A DNA stretch of 64,000 bases from Ylistrum balloti (Eukaryota). Made by a program: the position numbers and the translations under genes. Each line of letters begins with the position of its first letter. Within the stretch, counting starts at the first letter, position 1. Shown here in pieces: positions 11,836 to 22,920 of this stretch. The stretch is from NCBI RefSeq assembly GCF_031769215.1, contig NW_026782116.1:1488001-1552000 (forward strand), written 5' to 3'. Under the pieces are notes generated by a model. That model worked only from the letters and a program-made list of their open reading frames with translations, was not told the DNA's origin and did not search any database.

Positions 11836-14800
11836 AGAACAGGGTTTCAAACTTTGGTTACGGATCTGCAAAAAGTCCTTCACACATTAGAAGATGGCCT
11901 ACCAAATAAGGAATACGAAGCGACTATCCTATACAACAGTGATGATGCAAAGTCCAATGAAATATGTGACCAAATTGAGAAACATCTTCTGAAGAAAAAT
12001 GTACGCCTTTTCCCGTCTCCGAATAAGCCAGGGACGAGACCATTTACAGGTAAATATTTAAATCCTGAAACAACAAGGAAGTACTAATATGGGAACATAA
12101 TCATAGTCCAAACTCAAATTCAATAAAACTAGGCTAAAATGTGAAATAAAGAGAAATTTATACAGTGACTCCTGAAAAAGTAAATGAAGAATAAGACTTA
12201 TCTTCAACGACACCTTATATGTAAATATTAGTTAATCCAAGTACACGATGTTCACAGATAAGAACAAGATATATAACAAATTAGTATGCGTTTATAATCT
12301 TTCATACCTTCCATATAGTATAATAAAGGATTTAACCTATTAAGAATATATATGCTTATAGCGATGGAAGAGGCGGCAGAAAAAGCACGATGGCTAATTC
12401 TGATCGTTACTCAAGACAGCCTCATCGACAACGATGTGTTTAAAATGCAGACGATGGCTTTGATAGCGAACAGCGTACACAGTAAGAAAGTGCGCGTCAT
12501 TCCAGTAACAGACAAGATATCTGCAGATGATATTTTACCAGACTTTTTGAAGTGGGTAACTTACATCGACATACAGACAACAGGATTTGAAAATCGTGTT
12601 TTAAAAGCACTGAGAGGTATATTGTGCTGTAGCTATTTTATCACCATTTCATTCGAGCAGTTTTTTTCTTATTAGTATTAATTTAACAGTAGAGAGGGTG
12701 ACCATTTGAAATTTTTTTTGATGACGCGTTTTTCAAGTATATCGGGGGAAAATTCATTTTTGACTAGAATCTGTTGGTCTGTCTCTACCGCGGTAACTGT
12801 TTTAAACTGACAATTTATAATATTGGTATTAATCTGTTAAAATTTTATATCGTCTTCATTTTCATATGAGTAATTGCTTGTAAAAAAAGTATCCGCATTG
12901 TGGCAAATGTCTTCGCTGTTTTATTTTTAAGGTGAAGACATCGAGCTGGCATTAGACGGGGGTCTCATCCCTGCTGGAAATGTTGGCTATGGCTTGGCCT
13001 GGGGTTATGTCACCAATTATCTGAAGGTTGTTCTTCCAAGTGAGTAATGTTTTCTACTGTATAGATGGTTATTTTCGTGGAGACGTTATTTTCGCTATTA
13101 CGTGAAAAAATAAGACATGTGTGTATTCAATGTATTTTTAAATTCAGATTGTGATTTGTTTATTTATTGAAATAGAATAGGCGTCTTAAACGCAAGTTGT
13201 CGCGAAAAGTTCGACTCGTGCAAAAACCAGCTAAACGGTATCTAAACCCGCTGATAAATTTCAGGGTATATATCACAAGGTATCTGACCAACAGATTTAT
13301 ATCAAGTTTTGGGTATAAATCATAAGGTTTCTGACCAACGGATCTATATTACGTTTAGGGTATAAAGCACAAGATTTCTGACCAACAGATGTATATTACG
13401 TTTAGGGTATAAACCACAAGGTTTCTGACCAACGGATATATGTCAAGTTTAGGGTATAAATCACAAGATAAGCGACCAACAGATATATGTCACGTTTAGG
13501 GTATAAATCACAAGGTTTCTGACCAACAGATATATATCAAGTTTAGGGTATAAATCATAAGGTTTCTGACCAACGGATCTATATTACGTTTAGGGTATAA
13601 ATCACAAGGTTTCTGACCAACAGATATATATCAAGTTTAGGGTATATATCACAAGGTATCTGACCAACAGATATATATCAAGTTCTGGGATTCATTTGGA
13701 ACATCTGTAGGTAGGATTTCTGTCTAAACAAAACATTGACATCACGTTCCATAGGGGAGGGGTTCAATTAACATGTCTCTATAAATTGACATTATCACGA
13801 ATTTATGAATAGGGATTTCTGTAATATTCAACGCAAAAGAGCAGCGTGATGATTTATCTCAATGTGTTTCTTTCAGAATTAGAACATTTACGGAATTTGT
13901 TAAAACAAAAAGCAGGCAACATGTGTATGTGCCCGAGCAAGCTATTTTTGTTGGTACCGAAAACATGTTACTGTCCAGGAAGGATCAAGAATGAGCATGT
14001 AACGCACGTGTATTCGAGTGAAGAGATAAGCGACTGTCAAGGTGGGGCAGACATCATAAAAGGTCTGGATATGTATAGCATTTCAAAGGAAGGAAACGTA
14101 AGAGAATAACATTGAATCCAATTCACTGTTTTTCCTTTCTTTCTTTTTCTTTTTTTATTTTGCTTAACTAAATTAAACACTATTAATGTAAAATGTGTTC
14201 TGTTTCTGGTATTTGTCTATTACTGATATTTAAATGTTTGTGCAAGAGACACACAAATCCGTCAGATATTTCAAGTACTGAATTAAGCTGCATTACACAG
14301 CTGGTTTGTTCTTCAAGAACTTATCAATGATTTACTAATACTAAATCAGGTCGCTGTATGAACAGAAATTTTTAACATATACCTGTATGTATAAAGCGGG
14401 TATTTGTATAATGTTCAAATATGTGGTTCTTTTTTATTATTATGTGCAATACAGAAACACATATTGTTAATTATCATGTTATCTGGCTAACAACATCTGC
14501 GTCGAGTTGGTAAGATCTTCCAACAGACTATTGGCATACCTATGAGAACCAACTGCGCCCCTCTGTTGGCTGATTTGTTTTTGTTTTCATACGAGGCTGA
14601 ATTCATTGAAGAGCTTTTCAAAACAGGTTACACAGACCTTGCTAAATCGTTTAATTTCACCTTCAAGAAATTTATTGACTTCGTCCATCGTAAATATCCA
14701 CCAGAACTGGAAATCAAAGACATGGCAGACTCTTCAACACCAGCTGCTTATCTCAATCTTTTCAAATTATCAAATTTTCAAATTATCGTCAACTGACGGG

Positions 14801-15908
14801 GTTCAAATGATGCAGGTTTAGGAAAATTATGGGAAAGTTTTATGGTCGCCATTATGATCTCACTGAGAAATATTTCATTTCTGTTTGACATGAAACTGGA
14901 CGTATTTGATACTCGTGAGTTTTCCTGTTGGTTCGGTTGTTATATACCTTGCTCTCATTAGAGAATATGACATAACTTATTTGCATTGAAGAAGGTTTAC
15001 ATGCTTACTACTCCGGAACACCTGATCTTATTCGTCTCCGTGTAAATAATTCTTTAGTTCATATTTTGCCCTTATTCCGCCCTAGTTTTGTTTAATGTGA
15101 GTTTGAATTATGATTATGTTGCCATGTTGCTATTTTCTTGATGATTATTTTTATAGATATACAATTTCTTTGGACAATATCCTGCACCGTTACGCTGTCT
15201 TCATGCGATGAACGATTGCATGATAGCTGGGATCAATCCAGAATCTATGGCAAGGGAATGTGAACGATTCTGTGATACCCTTCTAGATCTCCTGCATGGC
15301 CCAATAGGTGGTGGTCTTCAAAGCAAATGCGAACTTGTCTTCTTTGATGGTAAACACTTTTACTTTTCTGTCTGTAATTACGTGAAAAAACCCCACCAGA
15401 ATTACTCCCCTTGTCAAGTAAATTTTCAATTCAATTCAAAATTAATATGACGGGGAACCACTAGAATTAAAATACGGCAAATGCACATGAAAAGTCAGAT
15501 TCTTTGCAGTAAAAAGTTTTTCTACTTATTCGACAGAATTTTACATAGCAACCCTTGTCAAGCCAATCATCTAATGACATGTTATAGCCAATTTAACGAG
15601 CATCACAATGACCTTCCGACACATAAGAATCAGTATCTCGCCCTTAGGATTAAATAATTCCCCAATATAGTCCTAATGACGAGCATAAACCATTAAAAGA
15701 TATTTTATTTACCTGGTTATCACAAAACCATGTATCAGTTTGTATTAAAGAACTTCTTAACCTTTTAGACGAAGTCTCCAACGACCTGCAAATGCAGTTG
15801 CTGCCAAGGTTGTCTAATCAGGTCGATCCCAAAGAGACAAAGCTGAAACGGAAATCTGGACATGACGATAGGAAAGATGAACTGAAGCAAGCTAAGATGA
15901 TGAACTGA
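11836..15908 (+). CDS. STING1: TIR-STING unit 2: divergent TIR plus divergent STING domain; probably the C-terminal half of the same gene as unit 1
   Basis: Phase-consistent exons: 11836-12049, 12362-12616, 12932-13039, 13877-14097, 15157-15349, 15769-15908 (TGA). TIR motifs: YEATILYN, ARWLILIVT, VRVIPV, LPDFLKWVTYIDI. STING motifs: PAGNVGYGLAWGYVTNYLKVVLP, KLFLLVP, FFGQYPAPL, ECERFCDTLLDLL. The first exon begins at a phase-0 acceptor with no Met. Confidence 0.88.
13259..13690. repeat. 47-bp minisatellite, about 9 copies, in a STING intron
   Basis: Unit tttagggtataaatcacaaggtttctgaccaacagatatatatcaag. ctgacc recurs at 13284 and 13331. Confidence 0.95.
14497..15055 (+). mobile_element. Degraded Penelope-like retroelement fragment (RT core plus 3' end) in a STING intron
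   Basis: Translation IGIPMRTNCAPLLADLFLFSYEAEFI...YPPELEIKD...AAYL matches the GIPMGTNCAPLLADLFLYSYE motif of PLE-type RTs. It is internally deleted and frameshifted. Confidence 0.7.
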
Positions 15909-16327
15909 TGGGATTTTAGTAGCAAGAAGTGAAAAGAGTTTGCTTTAAGATACAGATTTGAAATCTGCAATTTGTTCCTACATCATAACTGTTCGAATTT
16001 TCATCACTCAAAATTGATTTGCCTATTCAGACTTTTATATTGATTCCAGAGCTGATCCTAGCGTGTACTATTACACGATTTGTTTAACATTCTTTACATA
16101 CGTGCGATAAATAACTGGGAAATACGATGGAATATCCTCAAGTTTGATTTTTCTCTGTCAACTTTCCGGTTTAAAAATTTAGGTCCTTATCATCAACGAC
16201 ACGTCTAAGAAGGACGAAACAATCTTTACGATGCAGTATATCGATATATCGATCAGTAGTCGATATTTGACTCACGTTAAAATTTTCATGTCGTGTATTC
16301 AAATATCTGTAATAAATAATAATATTA

Positions 16328-17859
16328 TATACTAAAAGGATAAAGAAACGCAGGGTGAACTTTAAACCAGAAATTAAGTATGATATCGGGCTTCATTTAA
16401 AACGAAATTTTGAATACTTACAGATAAATTAAAGCTTAAAAATTTCCAAAGTCTGTATTTTGCATCTGAAAATTGGTTTAGAGGTACTAACGATTAAATT
16501 GAATGGACCCATAGGATTTTGAAATTGAAATTGAACTGAGTCATCAATATCTTGCGTGTCCGCCGTTTGCTGTGGTCACGGCCCTTATTCTTCTGGTCAA
16601 AGTGTTCATGAGAGCGTTAATCCGTCTTATGGGGATGTTGTCCCACTCTTCAATCAGAGTTCTGGTCAACTGCTCTCGAGTAGCAGGGGGTGGCTGGCGC
16701 TTTCGAACCTGTCTATCCAACTGGTCCCAAAGACGCTCGATCGGGGACAAATCAGGGCTATATGGCGGCCAATCTAGTGGTTGAATGTTGTTGTTGGCCA
16801 GAAAGACTTGGCAAATCCTTGCTACGTGGGGCCTAGCATTATCCTGCTGGAGGGTTAGATTATGCTGCTGTAAGAAAGGGATAACGTGGGGTCGAAGGAT
16901 CTCATCTCTATACTTAGCTGCTGTTAAATTGCCATCAATAACAACCAATTGTGATTTTAACCCGTGTGAGATTCCTCCCCACACCATTACTGAAACGCCC
17001 CCAAGCCTATCCCTCTCTACAACGAAAGCGTCCGTAAAACGTTCGCCACGACGAAGGTAGACACGTTGACGGCCGTCAGATCGATAAAGACAGAATCGAG
17101 ACTCGTCCGTGAAGAAAACTTGTCTCCACTGCCTCAGTGGAAACCGTCGTGGAGCATGTGCAGCGACCCAGGCCATACGACGCTGACGTCGAGCAGGGGT
17201 AAGGTGTGGACCTACGAAGGGCGACGTGCTCTTACACCAACTTCTCGTAATCGATTCCTTACAGTTTTTGAACTTATAGGACGCCCATGATTTCCACGAA
17301 CATAAATGCACTCTCAACGGCAGTAAGGCGCCGATTACGCACATGAGAGACGACGATATAGCGATCCTGACGTCGTGACGTTACGCGCGGACGTCCTGAC
17401 CTAGGTCGATCGGCCAATCGCCCAGTTTCCCGAAGACGTCTTACATGACGTTCTATGGTGGAAACATTAACACCAAAGTGCCTAGCAACCTGATTTTGCA
17501 GCTGTCCTTGCATCAGCATCTGAATGGCCTGACCCCTCTGAACTTCTGTGAGTCGTGCCATTCTTAAAACGAATCAAATTCTTAATTAATTTTAGGGAAG
17601 CAGTTAGTCTGTATAAAGACTAACGAAGAGTGACTTGACCAACGCTGCATGAGACCAGAACAACACGACGCACGAAATTCTTGTTTTTTCCTTCCTCCAT
17701 TTACCAGAGCTGCGCACTGTACCGTGACTAAATTTTCGATACATGACAAAGTGTAATATGACCTAATTACTCAATCCACAAAGTTTCACTTTATTTAGAG
17801 AACGCGTTTTAAAATATCGGAATAAATATTACCCTGCGTTTCTTTATCCTTTCAGTATA
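16328..17859 (-). mobile_element. Full-length Tc1-family DNA transposon (~1.53 kb), inactive
   Basis: 29-bp TIRs at 16328-16356 (TATACTAAAAGGATAAAGAAACGCAGGGT) and 17831-17859, with one mismatch. TA flanks on both sides. Contains a transposase gene. Confidence 0.93.
16544..17561 (-). pseudogene. Tc1 transposase (DD34E) with two single-base frameshifts
   Basis: N-terminal HTH with GRPR, then FTDESRF, VMVWGGI, QQDNARPH and SPDLSPIE, with 34 residues between the second D and the E. The frame breaks near 17300 and 17215; the middle segment VRGNHGRPISSKTVRNRLREVGVRARRP is in a third frame. Confidence 0.92.
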
Positions 17860-19699
17860 TATAATAATAATCTATAACCAGATCACTTTTGAAAAGCTAA
17901 GCAACGGCCATTAATTCCCAAGCTCTTTCATACTCATGAACTTATGAAATATTGTTCAATATCTGTCACCCATTCACAAACATAAAGCACACATTCAAGT
18001 CAGGATGTCTTGGATTGCAGTGATACGAAAATTGTCATCTTAGCCATATCTATGACAAGTTGTCATCAAGACATTTTTCCTTACTTAGTTATATCTTATC
18101 AAGAAAATAATTGGTATAAAAACACCTGGTCTTATATCAATTTTCATACTCACTAATATCTTATATCCTGTTAGGAAATGCTCCGCCGTTTAATGAGTAT
18201 ATATGTTTATATATGATTTATATCATGTGTTTTTTAATTTGCTTTGTTTTCTTTCAATCCTTGTCAAAAAGTTGTTGATAACCGAAGGTTGTTTATAATC
18301 AGGCTATATTTTGAGTTTTATGCTTATTGTTTCATATTTGTCAAGTTTGTCCTAACCAATAAATTCAACTTCCAAAGAATTCCACTCATTTATAACATAA
18401 TCACACATTGGCGATGAAACTGCTTTGCAATTTGTTCGACTGCCATACATATTAATTGCATTTTTACATTAAAATCAGTTACAAACTAACTAACGACTTT
18501 TCTTTTTTTCAAATCGGCACCAAATAGCACAACCTTTATATTTCGGAGGGTAGGGACCTTGTATTGCTTCAGTAATTCTCAGTATGCTTCTTGAATTGGG
18601 CCTACATGGCCCCTCTGACTCATAGTACGTATCACAATTTGCGGTTCCTTAATATCCGCTTTTCCCGAGTTTATAACACGCTGTCATTTATGGCGTACAG
18701 TAAGAGTGCTTTGCAGTCTTACTCACTAGCATGTTATCTTTAGTTTCTTTGTTAATGGTTTTACTGAAGCAAGTCTACGTTATACTCTTGTCCATCAGAA
18801 AAGTGCCTCAGTCGAATCACAGGTACCTGTAAGGAAGGTCTTATTCTTGTGCTTGATAATAAGTATTGTTTTGACTGTGATTTCAGATTAAAGGTTAAAA
18901 AGCTGAGAGGCAGGTTAAAGAGGTATTCCGCACAAGTGTTCCCTTAACCTGCGTTAGATAACATTCTTTAGCGTTTAATATTATTGGAAAATATCGCAAA
19001 TATCATACTGAGTGAACTTATGCTGCAGCATAACAGTACAGAGATATCTTGAAAAAAATATAAGTTTTGACGCTATTAGTTCAATCCCACACATAAGAAT
19101 CATAATGCTTCGTTGAAGATACTTTGTTTATACACTCATATATCCGATCCTTTCTACAGTATAAGAAGACACCAAATAAACAATTTTGTAATCTACGTTA
19201 AACCATCATATTTCGTCTTTAACACTGTTGATAGTTACACACATTGCTATAACATCTTGAGGGCGTTTATTTAGAAAACATCATTATACACATACGACTT
19301 TTTGCAAGTTCAAGTTTTAAGGTTATCTATATCTTTAGAATAAAAACACAAATGGTATAAACACCACCGATAGGGGTATCATATAAAGGTCAAAAGTTTT
19401 GTTGCCATCTCCATGTATGACAAGGAAAAATCCTTTAAATACAAGATAAGCAGGTAAAAAGGGAAATAAGTCTTATTCGCTTAAAGTGTATTTACTGTTT
19501 ACTGTCATTTTTCCACTGCCAAACGATATATTTTGATGGACATTTTTAAAATAATGAAGCATACCATATAGATTGATAAAACTTCAGGATTGTTCCTTGA
19601 ACTTTGTAGTAATAATTGACTTGCAACTGTTAAAATTATAGAACTTTCGTAACTACAAAAATCAATAATATATCATATCGATTAAAACATGAAACATGA

Positions 19700-20516
19700 G
19701 AGATCTCAGTACGAAGATCCATGGTAAATAATACCATTAAAGATCCCCGTGACACACGAGCGATCTCGGTATACAGATCAATACTAGATAGTACAACTAA
19801 AGAGTCCCTGTGACACACGAGCGATCTCGGTATTAAGATCAATACTAGATAGTACAACTAAAGAGTCCCTGTGACACACAAGTGATCTCGGTATAAAGAT
19901 CAATAATTGATAGCACCACTTAAAGATTCCCTGTGACACACAAGTGATCTCGGTATAAAGATCAATAATTGATAGCACCACTTAAAGAGTCCCTGTGACA
20001 CACGAGCGATCTCGGTATTAAGATCAATACTAGATAGTACAACTAAAGAGTCCCTGATAGTACAACTAAAGAGTCCCTGTGACACACAAGTGATCTCTGT
20101 ATTAAGATCAATACTAGATAGTACAACTAAAGAGTCCCTGTGACACACGAGCGATCTCGGTATTAAGATCAATACTAGATAGTACAACTAAAGAGTCCCT
20201 GTGACACACGAGCGATCTCGGTATTAAGATCAATACTAGATAGTACAACTAAAGAGTCCCTGTGACACACGAGCGATCTCGGTATTAAGATCAATACTAG
20301 ATAGTACAACTAAAGAGTCCCTGTGACACACAAGTGATCTCTGTATTAAGATCAATACTAGATAGTACAACTAAAGAGTCCCTGTGACACACAAGTGATC
20401 TCGGTATTAAGATCAATACTAGATAGTACAACTAAAGAGTCCCTGTGACACACAAGTGATCTCGGTATTAAGATCAATACTAGATAGTACAAATTAATAG
20501 TCCATGTGACACACGA
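19700..20516. repeat. 61-bp minisatellite, about 13 copies, with one partial unit near 20040
   Basis: Unit ctcggtattaagatcaatactagatagtacaactaaagagtccctgtgacacacgagcgat. ctcggt recurs at 19765 and 19826. Confidence 0.95.
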
Positions 20517-20541
20517 GTGATGCTCCAGGTATGTTTTTCAG

Positions 20542-21533
20542 GAATAAATGGTGACAACTACAACTACGACACCAACAACACCAACAACTTCAACACCAGC
20601 AACTACGATAACAACAACAATTTCAGCAACAACAACTACGACAACAACACCAACAACTACGACAACAACACCAACAACAACAACACCAACAACTACGACA
20701 ACAACACCAACAACTACAACACCAACAACTACGACAACAACACCAACAACTACGACAACAACACCAACAACTACAACACCAACAACTACGACAACAACAC
20801 CAACAACTATGACAACAACACCAACAACTACAATACCAACAACTACGACAACAACACCAGCAACAACTACAACAATACAGTCTGCAACTGCGCAACAACC
20901 AAGAAAGAAACGACCTGGTACAAGGAAGGACTTCAATGGAAATAACAAAGGTATCTCCGATTTGTGCTTACATACAGAAAGATGGTCCGTTATATCATAT
21001 GGATTATCTACGGGTATGGCCTTCACACTCACGCGGTTTTCTTCCCTTTAATGAAACCGTTCTGTATCATTATCAGCATCGAATTTTTTTTTTTTTTTTT
21101 TTGTTCGGGGAATATTTCAATGATATAAACACCATAAATTGGGTTGTTGTAGATTTCAGTATAACACAAATATGTGGACTAATCAGTAAAAGGAAGTCCA
21201 ACGATGTTTTAATGGCATTTCCATGTCACATGTCACGACTTCATATTTGACAATTTGAACAATTTAAGCATATATTGGTTATATTGACTCTACAATTCAA
21301 ACAAAAAAATGTTGTATGGTTGAAGTTTATTTTATGTTGTCTATCATGACAATAGATGTGGCAGGTACGCACTCCATAACAACGTCATTCAACCGAACCA
21401 TGCCAATATCACTACATAAATATTTCAGGGGTATCAGTTTCAGCGATAGCCGTTGCAATATCATGGTGTTCGTTGCTGTGGTTGTAGTGGTTGTTTCTGT
21501 AATTGTATACATGAAGATACGAAAAAATAAAAG
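20542..21533 (+). other. Candidate exons of a Thr-rich (mucin-stalk) single-pass membrane protein, possibly a pseudogene
   Basis: ACA-rich block at 20548-20880 reads TTTTTP repeats, with a phase-1 donor at 20917. A hydrophobic segment VFVAVVVVVVSVIVY followed by basic MKIRKNK ends at donor AG|gtatgc (21533). No upstream exons were found. Confidence 0.35.
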
Positions 21534-22354
21534 GTATGCATCAAATGTATGAATATCAGTCAACTGTAAATAAATGTAAATATAAACAATGGATTAGTTT
21601 TAAAAATATTTACGTCTGGCAGTCAGTCATCATATGTTTTGATTATATTTAAAACTTTTTCCTGATAAACCGAACTTTATCTTTTTATTTACCGTTAAAT
21701 GTAATACGGTATATGAAACATAGCTCACGAAAAACTTAACTTGGAATTAAAGATAGCCTATTCGTCCAAATAATTCGTTAATGACATCCCACCAGACAAA
21801 TTTTCGATACTGTCAACGTCTCTAATTTGAAAAGCTGGAAATCAATAAAGTTTAAGCCGAGACCAATATCCACCAGGAAATTATATTTTCAGAATGAAAT
21901 TTAGAAAATACAACACCCAGGGAAGTTCTGCTTCGATCGACATGGTCAACCCGACATTTACTTAGAAGTTCGAATCCCTCCCGCCGTCTGTCCAGTATGA
22001 TATGATACCCAGTAGTTTGCCGTCCTCCACAAGCATCAAAATGAAACAACACGTGTGATCTGTCACTGGTTTTCATCGAGTTTCCTCCGTTTTTCTATAA
22101 AAAAAATTGACCCACCAATTAAAAAATTATTACTTTAACTTTGGTTGTCTATCCTACTGTTATTGATAAAGCTGTGAATGACTGTAGAATGAAATGTCCT
22201 AGTACTGATAGTAATACCCGGCCTACTTCTAACCTGTACGGGGATTTAAAGCGGCCTCATTTCTGGTAATGGAGCTCAATCGGAGTGAATCACTCGAGCA
22301 AGGTGTGAACAACACTTTTCTGCGTGTCAGTATCAATCTGTATCTGTATCTGTA

Positions 22355-22920
22355 TCAACTCTATTTTAAAAGCATGTTATCAAGATATGTATCGGGAGTG
22401 TGAAGCAAACCCACATTGTAAAACCTGGGTTATGTCTATTAAACACGAACTTGGTTCTCTCGGTATGTCTAATTATTGGCTGTCGCAAAATAGTTTAAAC
22501 ACCCAACAGTTTCTTGCTTTAGCAAGGCAGAGGCTCAATGATATGTTTAAACAGGATTGTGAAGCTTTTTTCGACACTACACCGAAGTGTCTGTTTTATA
22601 AACATATTGTTGATCATGTCTGCTTACAACCTTATTTAAGTAAATGCTTTCCCCTTAAATATAAAAAGGAAATTGTAAAATTTCGTCTGTCTTCACACAA
22701 CCTGTTAATAGAAGCTGGAAGACACCGAAAAATCCCCCGTAACTTAAGATTCTGCCCATTGTGTAAGTCCGACGTAGAGGATGAATTTCATTTTATTCTG
22801 AAGTGTCACTTCTTCTCAGAGTTAAGCTGTAAATATATCAAGACATACTATCGTAGGAACCCCTCTGTCTATAAATTAATCCTATTGTTATGTTATCTTC
22901 CGGAAATTCTAAAGAATTAA
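22355..22920 (+). mobile_element. 3' fragment of a non-LTR retrotransposon ORF2 (RTE-X/CR1-like zinc-knuckle end)
   Basis: KFRLSSHNLLIEAGRH...RFCPLCKSDVEDEFHFILKC is the typical post-RT C-terminal motif. It is 5'-truncated next to a (gtatct)n microsatellite. Confidence 0.8.

Noticed and set aside
13259-13690. Interstitial telomere
   Set aside because: There is only one TTTAGGG per 47-bp unit, not tandem TTAGGG.
6020-15908. Bacterial CBASS operon or contamination, or an adjacent cGAS/cGLR gene
   Set aside because: The locus has at least 12 spliceosomal GT-AG introns with consistent phases. No Mab21/nucleotidyltransferase motif was seen in the window, although small exons could have been missed.
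16556-17290. Plus-strand ORFs within the transposon
   Set aside because: They are antisense shadows of the Tc1 transposase.
20538-21032. Val-rich and Cys-rich minus-strand ORFs
   Set aside because: They are antisense readings of the ACA-rich low-complexity block.
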